From Methylophaga frappieri (GTDB lineage Bacteria > Pseudomonadota > Gammaproteobacteria > Nitrosococcales > Methylophagaceae): a stretch of 32,000 nt of DNA. Shown here piece after piece: positions 25,953-32,000 of the stretch. The stretch lies in the NCBI RefSeq assembly GCF_000260965.1, contig NC_017856.1:1590001-1622000 (forward strand). The letters run 5' to 3'. Made by a program: the position numbers and the translations under genes. The notes under the pieces are model-generated. The model was not told where the DNA came from. It saw only the letters and a program-made list of their open reading frames with translations, and made no database searches. The stretch's first letter is position 1. Every line of letters starts with the position of its first letter.

Positions 25953-26391
25953 TCATTACTGGATGCAGCGTGCACTGGCGTTGGCAAAACAAGCTGAGCA
26001 ACATGGTGAAGTCCCGGTTGGCGCGGTCATCGTTCGTGATGATTTACTTCTAGGAGAAGGATTTAATCAACCAATCCGACTCGCTGACCCTACGGCACAT
26101 GCTGAAATTATCGCCTTACGCCATGCTTGCACAGAACAAGAAAATTATCGTCTACCCGGCGCTACTATGTATGTGACTTTGGAGCCTTGTCTGATGTGTT
26201 CAGGCGCTTTGATTCATGCTCGGCTTGCACGACTCGTCATCGCTGCTCGAGAACCGAAAACAGGTGCCGCTGGCAGTCTAATTGATTGCTTTGCTTTGTC
26301 AGGTATTAATCACCGCGTTCAATGTGAATTTGGCATTTTGGCTGAACAAAGCAGTGAATTATTACGTACTTTTTTTCGTCAGCGTCGTTAA
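25942..26391 (+). CDS. tadA: tRNA adenosine(34) deaminase
   Basis: It has HAEIIALR and LEPCLMCSGAL zinc-binding motifs. HYWMQRALALAK parallels E. coli TadA. It overlaps the waaA end by 11 nt. Confidence 0.95.
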   Translation: MKDDHYWMQRALALAKQAEQHGEVPVGAVIVRDDLLLGEGFNQPIRLADPTAHAEIIALRHACTEQENYRLPGATMYVTLEPCLMCSGALIHARLARLVIAAREPKTGAAGSLIDCFALSGINHRVQCEFGILAEQSSELLRTFFRQRR

Positions 26392-26476
26392 GCGCACTTT
26401 ATCTATGACGATAAGACTAATCTGTTAGCATGAACTTATTAATTTTGCTTATTTTGTGCGGCTAGACTAACGAAAA

Positions 26477-27892
26477 ATGCGCCAAATAATCCGCCTGTTA
26501 ACGCTGATTTGTCTGGGTATTGCAACCGCCTGCAACGATGACAGAACCCATCTCGACCGTATTCTGGAGCGCGGAGAATTACGTGTAGCTACGCGAACCG
26601 GTTTAACCAATTATTATGAAAAAACCCCCGGAGAATTTAGTGGCTTTGAATATGAGTTGGCACAGCATTTTGCCGATACATTAGGGGTGGATCTCAACAT
26701 GATCGTGCCGGCAAATCTCAGTGAAATGCTGACTATGTTGGATGATGGTCGTGCCGATATTGCTGCTGCCGGCCTGACGATGACACCGGAGCGACAACAA
26801 AAAATGCGTTTTGGTCCGGTTTATCACGAGGTAACACAACAATTAATTTATCGAAATGGGGCAAAACGACCCCGTAATATTGCTAATCTGGGCAACGGGC
26901 AACTCGAAATCATTGCTAACAGTAGCCACGAAGAACATTTAATTGCTTTGCAAAAAGAGATTCCAGACCTGAGCTGGATCCCAAATCATGATGCTGACAG
27001 TCAGGAATTGCTGGGGTTAATTGAACTGGAATTAATTGACTACACGATTACAGATTCTATCGAGTTTGCTGCGATTCAAGGTTCCTACCCAGAGTTGCGG
27101 GTGGCCTTTGATGTCTCCGACCCCCAGCCGCTTGCTTGGGGGCTGGCAAAAGGCCCGGATGTCAGTCTTTACCGTGAGGTCATGCGTTACTTCGAACAAA
27201 TTGAAGAAAAAGGCTTTTTAGATAAGCTTATTGAACGCTATTACGGCCATATTCGTCGCTTTGATTATGTCGACACGAGAGCAATTCATCGTCGTATCCT
27301 AACGCACTTACCGGATTATGAATCGTGGTTTATGGAGGCGTCTAGCGTCAATAATTTTGACTGGCGATTGCTCGCCGCCATTGCCTATCAGGAGTCTCAC
27401 TGGAATCCAACAGCTGTTTCCAGCACTGGGGTGAAAGGCTTGATGATGTTGACGCGAGCAACAGCAGAAGAAATGGGGGTAACCGATCGGGAAGATCCGT
27501 ATCAGAGCATTATGGCCGGTTCGGCCTATTTAGATGAAATGCGAAAACGGCTGCCTGAACGAATACAAGAACCCGATCGCACTTGGCTGGCACTAGCCGC
27601 TTATAATATCGGTTTGGGTCATCTCGAAGATGCTCGCATTCTGACCCAGAAGAATGGCGGTAATCCAGATCGCTGGAGTGATATTCGTGAAAACTTGCCA
27701 CTACTCGCCCAAAAGAAATGGTTTGAACAAACGCGTTACGGATATGCTAACGGCGGTGAACCTGTACGTTATGTTGCCAATATTCGTCGCTATTACGATA
27801 TTTTATTGCAGCATGAAAATATCAACCCCATCCCTCCGCCAGTTATCACCCCACCGGAAGGACCAAGTCAGGCACTACCCGCTGCATTATGA
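26477..27892 (+). CDS. mltF: Membrane-bound lytic murein transglycosylase F
   Basis: The N-terminal part is a solute-binding-like domain (GELRVATR...FEYELA). The C-terminal SLT domain has AIAYQESHWNP with the catalytic Glu and AAYNIGLGH. Confidence 0.9.
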   Translation: MRQIIRLLTLICLGIATACNDDRTHLDRILERGELRVATRTGLTNYYEKTPGEFSGFEYELAQHFADTLGVDLNMIVPANLSEMLTMLDDGRADIAAAGLTMTPERQQKMRFGPVYHEVTQQLIYRNGAKRPRNIANLGNGQLEIIANSSHEEHLIALQKEIPDLSWIPNHDADSQELLGLIELELIDYTITDSIEFAAIQGSYPELRVAFDVSDPQPLAWGLAKGPDVSLYREVMRYFEQIEEKGFLDKLIERYYGHIRRFDYVDTRAIHRRILTHLPDYESWFMEASSVNNFDWRLLAAIAYQESHWNPTAVSSTGVKGLMMLTRATAEEMGVTDREDPYQSIMAGSAYLDEMRKRLPERIQEPDRTWLALAAYNIGLGHLEDARILTQKNGGNPDRWSDIRENLPLLAQKKWFEQTRYGYANGGEPVRYVANIRRYYDILLQHENINPIPPPVITPPEGPSQALPAAL

Positions 27893-27896
27893 TGAT

Positions 27897-27926
27897 AAAA
27901 AAACCCGCTTACGCGGGTTTTTTGTT
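27897..27926. terminator. Bidirectional rho-independent terminator between convergent mltF and dsbA
   Basis: AAACCCGC-TTAC-GCGGGTTT is flanked by an A-run upstream and a T-run downstream. Confidence 0.85.
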
Positions 27927-27940
27927 GACCGAGACTTAAG

Positions 27941-28573
27941 CTATTTTTCTAACGCAGCCTTTTCAACCAGATAATCAACAACCTCAAGCATCGCTTCCAT
28001 ACTGCCTGCTTGTGGCGCATCCGTACGATATTTTCCATCAACAATCATGGATGGCACCCCTGTGATTCCTGAAGTCCGGCTGATAACCAGTGCTTTCTTT
28101 ACTTTGGTTTGCACCGTAAAAGAGTTCATTTGTTTAGCAAATTTTTCCCGATCAATACCCTGCTCTTCCACAAAATCAAGCAAATCGTCTTCGGTATTCA
28201 AACGTCGTTTATCAACATGAATCGCATGAAACAGCTTATCGTGAAGTTGAGGTAAATCGCCCGTTTGCTCTGCGGCATAATAAACACGGGCCAGTTGTAA
28301 CCAACTATCGCGAAAAATCGCTGGCACTAATTGAAACTCAGCATTTTCTGGCAATGTTTGCTTCCAGTCAGAAACCAACGGATCTAAACGAAAACAATGC
28401 GGGCAAGAATAGGAAAACAGCTCCATCACCTGTACTTTACTGCTGTCGTTACGGGGCATTTGTGTCCCGGTCTCTTCATAATGTTGGCCTTGCTGAAAGT
28501 CCGCTGCACTCGCGGTCATTGGTAACAGCATAAGGCTTGGCAAAATCAGCAAAGTCCGCCAGAGAGTCGTCAT
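27941..28573 (-). CDS. dsbA: Periplasmic thiol:disulfide oxidoreductase DsbA
   Basis: It has the signal peptide MTTLWRTLLILPSLMLLPMTASA/AD and the CPHC active site (FSYSCPHCF). ATG 28573 has AGGA upstream. The longer ORF to 28705 would overlap ccsA. Confidence 0.9.
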   Translation of the reverse strand: MTTLWRTLLILPSLMLLPMTASAADFQQGQHYEETGTQMPRNDSSKVQVMELFSYSCPHCFRLDPLVSDWKQTLPENAEFQLVPAIFRDSWLQLARVYYAAEQTGDLPQLHDKLFHAIHVDKRRLNTEDDLLDFVEEQGIDREKFAKQMNSFTVQTKVKKALVISRTSGITGVPSMIVDGKYRTDAPQAGSMEAMLEVVDYLVEKAALEK

Positions 28574-28590
28574 AATTATTTCCTTTGTTT

Positions 28591-29736
28591 TTATAAAGTG
28601 CCGTATGAGTGAAGTCCGGATAAGAACATGTTGACCCCTAAAAAGGCAAACAATGTGACGAATAAACCAACAATTGCCCACCACGCCATTGGCGGTCCCG
28701 TCCATCCTTTAGTCATTCGCATATGTAACCAGGCAGCGTAATTAAGCCAGACAATCAAAGCCCAGGTTTCCTTGGGATCCCAAGACCAATAGCCACCCCA
28801 AGCCTCAGCTGCCCACAATGCGCCCAAGATCGTCGCCACCGTAAAAAAGGCAAATCCAAGCGCAATCGCCTTATACATGACATCGTCCATCAGACTTAAA
28901 GACGGCATTGCTTGCACCCAAGTTCCATTCGGCTGTTTTTGTAAGCGCCAATGCACTATCAAGTAAGCTACAGCAATCATTGCCGCCATGGCAAAGGCAC
29001 CATAACCTATAAAATTGGCCGGCACATGAATTTTCATCCAGTAGCTTTGCAACGCAGGCACCAATGGCTGAATTTCATGGGCATTACGTTCCAAGCTATA
29101 CCATAACTGGAAAAACACCGCCGCCGTAATCACTAAAAGTACAAAGCCTCCCAGTTTACGGGTGTCATAACGCCGCTCATAAAACAGGTATAACAACGCC
29201 GTCACAACCGCAAATAAAATAAAGACTTCGTACAAATTACTTACGGGAATATAGCCAATATCGGCGCCCATCAAGTGAGTTTCTCGCCAGCGCACCATCA
29301 AACCGGTCATACCGAGTGTGGTAGCAATCCAAGTCAGGACACTACCCATTTTTTCCAAATAATCCGAACGCAGCGTAAGCCCCGCAAAGTAAGTCACTGT
29401 TGCAGCAATAAACAATGCGCTCATCCACATTAGTGCTGATTGACTGGAAAGAAAATAAATCAGCCAGAAACTCGATTCCGCCTGATTCAAGTCGGTGCCA
29501 TAAAGTTGCACTGCCGTCAGGCTAAGCGCAGCGACCGCAAGACTATGCCAACGAAATGCTGGCCAGTACCATCCAAGCCAAGCCATGCTGATAGCGGTCA
29601 GAACAAGGATAATCTGTTCATAGACATCCAGCGAGGCATAAAAAAAGTAAAAGATACCCACCGTTGCAGCGGCAAGTAGCAAAGGCCACCACCAAGACTG
29701 ACGTGAGGCTGGCGTTGTTAGATAAGTCGTTGTCAT
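28591..29736 (-). CDS. ccsA: System II cytochrome c biogenesis protein CcsA/ResC (heme handling)
   Basis: The W-rich motif is WGGYWSWDPKETWALIVW. It is a multi-TM protein of 381 aa. Confidence 0.9.
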   Translation of the reverse strand: MTTTYLTTPASRQSWWWPLLLAAATVGIFYFFYASLDVYEQIILVLTAISMAWLGWYWPAFRWHSLAVAALSLTAVQLYGTDLNQAESSFWLIYFLSSQSALMWMSALFIAATVTYFAGLTLRSDYLEKMGSVLTWIATTLGMTGLMVRWRETHLMGADIGYIPVSNLYEVFILFAVVTALLYLFYERRYDTRKLGGFVLLVITAAVFFQLWYSLERNAHEIQPLVPALQSYWMKIHVPANFIGYGAFAMAAMIAVAYLIVHWRLQKQPNGTWVQAMPSLSLMDDVMYKAIALGFAFFTVATILGALWAAEAWGGYWSWDPKETWALIVWLNYAAWLHMRMTKGWTGPPMAWWAIVGLFVTLFAFLGVNMFLSGLHSYGTL

Positions 29737-29794
29737 CAGCTTCCCTATGTTTCTAATATGAGCGGGCTGTACAAATTAGGTTGCCATACAGGGT

Positions 29795-31801
29795 CTAGAG
29801 TTCCCTTGTACGGGTTGCCGCCAATAGTTTCTCGTGTTGTTGATTAAAGGCTTCATCAAAGTCACGCCCCCTGCGATTACTTGAGCCCGCCAGCAAAATC
29901 TGACTGCCGTTTTCTGACGGTTCCACCCAGAGCCAGAAGCGTCTTTGCGGGAGATAAAACTGCAAAAACACCCCAATGACCAATAACAGACAGCCAAAGT
30001 AAACAATGTTTTTCCCCGGCGCTTTGGCAATTTGCAGACCGGTAGATTCGATATGTTTAAAGTCGGTTAATTGCAAGAAAACTGGTGCCCCGTAACGCGG
30101 TAAAATACCGATCGCATCGACCGCATCCTGCAAGAACAGCATCGCATCTGGATCATCAATACTGGCATCGGGTGCAACCTCAGTGAAATAAATACGGGAC
30201 AGCATTTCCCGCAACATTCCAAGGTAAGCAGGGGCGAGACTATCGCGTTCACTATCTGGCAGCTCATCATCAATAAAGCGTCTTACTTCATCAAAGCCAC
30301 CACGCACAAACATGCTGAGCAGTGTTTCCAATGTCGACTGCAGGTTTTGCTCCAGTTCAGCATTGGCTGCAGGCAGCACAGACAAAGCATCACGCATCAT
30401 CTCGCCAGCGATTCGGCTGGTAACCGATTCATTCCTCAGCGCTTGATTAAAAGCAATAAACCCTTCTAACTGCCCGTTTTCATCCGCTGGTAAATACAAG
30501 TAGGCAAATTGCTCAGCAGGAGTGTTTCTGACACCACTCAGAAAAAAGTTACGTCCATCTCGTGGCACCGGGAACATATAGTTTTCAAACTCTTGGGCTT
30601 CACCCGTTTCAGTTCGAATTTTAAAACCGATACTGGGACCAAAATTACGCAAATTATCCGAGTCTTCTTCTGTCGGATCCGGATTGATATTAAATGGCCG
30701 AAAATTAATCATTTCCAACTTGAACAGCTGTTCACCAACCTGCATTTCGCTAGTTGAAAATACTTTGGTATCCAGTGATGCCGGGCCAGTAGTTGTGCTT
30801 TGCCCTGACAAAGGCCAAGCTTTAATGCTTACATGAGATCCGCCATCACTGAAACTGGCCTGATAAATAGCATGTCCCTTATAAATCCAAGGATGATTGA
30901 CCGCAATTGTCTGCTCTAACGGCGCCGCCAACTCCGGGTCATGAATACGTAAATCTGACTCAAAAGACTTCGGTTGGCCGTTTGGATAATGCTCGACCCG
31001 GAACTCCTCCACTTCAATGCGAAACGGTAAAGCCTGCAATAAATAGCCATCTCGCACGGGCAAGAAAACCACATCGGCTGACTTGCCTTCCGGAATACTG
31101 ACCGTGCCACGAAAAGCTTTATCGCCGACCGGCAGACGGCTTTGTGCCGGAATATCACGAATCGCCAAATCCCGGGTCTCAATTTGTATTTTGCCTTGTA
31201 ACTCAGCCAGTTTTAGCGATAAATTGCCGTCAATCAACCCGCCTAGGCAAATCACAACAATCGCGATGTGGGTAAACAAATACCCTAATCGATTCGCCCC
31301 ACCTCGCATTGCTGAAATTAATAAGCCGCCCTGCTTTTCAACCAGTCGGCTACGATAGCCTGTTTGCTTAATGACATCTCGAAGTGTGGTTGTGGTCGTT
31401 TCTAGTGGGGTACGCACTGACCACTGCGCATGATGCGGCATGAGCCGAAGAGACTTCTTTTGCACCTGGGTTCGCAACTGCCACATATCCCGAACCATTG
31501 ACGGGAAATGTCGAATAACACAGACGCCCGTTGAAATAACCAGCAATGTCAGTATTAAAAGAAACCAGCCGGCACTGTAAACATCATAAAGCCCCAACTG
31601 TTCAAAGACCTCAAACCAAAAGGGACCGAACTTGAGAACATAATCCGTGTAGGGCTGATTTTGTTGCAAGACCGTGCCGATGACAGAAGCAATCGCTAAC
31701 GTCAAAAGCAATGTAATGGCGAGGTCCATCGAACCAAGAAAAGCAAACAAACGCTTGCCAAATGGCACGTTTTTTAACCTAGAGGATTTTGGCTGCGACA
31801 T
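29795..31801 (-). CDS. resB: System II cytochrome c biogenesis protein ResB/Ccs1
   Basis: 668 aa. It has N-terminal TM helices, a large periplasmic domain and a C-terminal TM helix, and lies directly upstream of ccsA. Confidence 0.85.
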   Translation of the reverse strand: MSQPKSSRLKNVPFGKRLFAFLGSMDLAITLLLTLAIASVIGTVLQQNQPYTDYVLKFGPFWFEVFEQLGLYDVYSAGWFLLILTLLVISTGVCVIRHFPSMVRDMWQLRTQVQKKSLRLMPHHAQWSVRTPLETTTTTLRDVIKQTGYRSRLVEKQGGLLISAMRGGANRLGYLFTHIAIVVICLGGLIDGNLSLKLAELQGKIQIETRDLAIRDIPAQSRLPVGDKAFRGTVSIPEGKSADVVFLPVRDGYLLQALPFRIEVEEFRVEHYPNGQPKSFESDLRIHDPELAAPLEQTIAVNHPWIYKGHAIYQASFSDGGSHVSIKAWPLSGQSTTTGPASLDTKVFSTSEMQVGEQLFKLEMINFRPFNINPDPTEEDSDNLRNFGPSIGFKIRTETGEAQEFENYMFPVPRDGRNFFLSGVRNTPAEQFAYLYLPADENGQLEGFIAFNQALRNESVTSRIAGEMMRDALSVLPAANAELEQNLQSTLETLLSMFVRGGFDEVRRFIDDELPDSERDSLAPAYLGMLREMLSRIYFTEVAPDASIDDPDAMLFLQDAVDAIGILPRYGAPVFLQLTDFKHIESTGLQIAKAPGKNIVYFGCLLLVIGVFLQFYLPQRRFWLWVEPSENGSQILLAGSSNRRGRDFDEAFNQQHEKLLAATRTREL

Positions 31802-31865
31802 AGTAAACGCTTTGACGTTTGTGATGCCAACGCGATGTTGGCACCGTTGTCATCTCAAACCAGTC

Positions 31866-32000
31866 TCAGTGCAGACCGGAAACATATGCAGAGACCGCCT
31901 TGATTTCTGCTTCAGATAATCTGCCAGCAATATCCCGCATCATGCTATTCGGATCATTTGCACGGTTCCCTTTAGCGAATTGATGCAACTGTGTTTCGGT
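31866..32000 (-). CDS. 3' end of a class I c-type cytochrome (c4/c5-like); the 5' part lies outside the window
   Basis: The minus-strand frame is open from the window edge: TETQLHQFAKGNRANDPNSMMRDIAGRLSEAEIKAVSAYVSGLH*, ending at TGA (31866-31868). The FxxGxRxND...M...LS-x-x-EI-x-x-x-x-Y pattern is typical of the C-terminal part of cytochrome c4/c5 domains. Confidence 0.65.
   Translation of the reverse strand, partial: TETQLHQFAKGNRANDPNSMMRDIAGRLSEAEIKAVSAYVSGLH

Noticed and set aside
28574-28705. N-terminal extension of the dsbA ORF to ATG 28705
   Set aside because: The extension overlaps the 3' end of ccsA and precedes a perfect signal peptide that starts at ATG 28573, which has its own AGGA SD.
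29776-31358. Several 60-90-aa ORFs on both strands within resB
   Set aside because: All are nested in the 668-aa resB frame, and none has motifs or translation signals.
1-32000. Search by eye for tRNA/tmRNA T-arm motifs, CRISPR-like spaced repeats, IS terminal repeats, and integrase or transposase genes
   Set aside because: None were found. The intergenic regions are short apart from 2903-3371 and 4021-4454, and those contain no periodic repeats. A proper tRNAscan, Rfam and repeat scan would be needed to exclude small elements.

Overview
The window looks like a moderately AT-rich gammaproteobacterial chromosome segment. I cannot name the genus from sequence alone. It has about 36 protein-coding genes and no rRNA, tRNA, CRISPR array, integrase or transposase that I can see. 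From about 4.5 kb to 32 kb most genes are recognisable housekeeping genes. These are a Sel1-repeat lipoprotein with a GGDEF-EAL sensor, modABC, sixA, gnd, slp, ylqF/rbgA, ybaN, a HopJ-family gene, serA, dld, uppP, rplM-rpsI, a lipid A/LPS cluster (pagL-like, lpxL-like, waaA), tadA, mltF, and dsbA-ccsA-resB with the end of a c-type cytochrome gene. Three regions are not explained by standard annotation. (1) 14.8-15.6 kb holds a tightly packed operon of three small orphan proteins (61, 85 and 75 aa; the last has a CX11CX4CX2C motif). It sits behind a sigma70-like promoter overlapped by a Fur-box-like AT palindrome. It is followed on the same strand by a PepSY-TM-like membrane protein, an uncharacterised Pol-beta-type nucleotidyltransferase, and gnd, whose start overlaps the nucleotidyltransferase stop by 4 nt. 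(2) The left-most ~4 kb appears GC-richer than the rest and looks like the edge of an accessory island. It carries a truncated unknown gene, a fusion of an unknown domain to a RelA/SpoT-type HD (small-alarmone-hydrolase-like) domain, a secreted orphan protein, a decayed non-coding stretch and a RelE/XRE toxin-antitoxin pair. (3) The mod operon carries an extra four-TM gene and a ModE-like operator. All functional calls rest on motif recognition by eye. No database search or numerical computation was possible, and start codons are often ambiguous.
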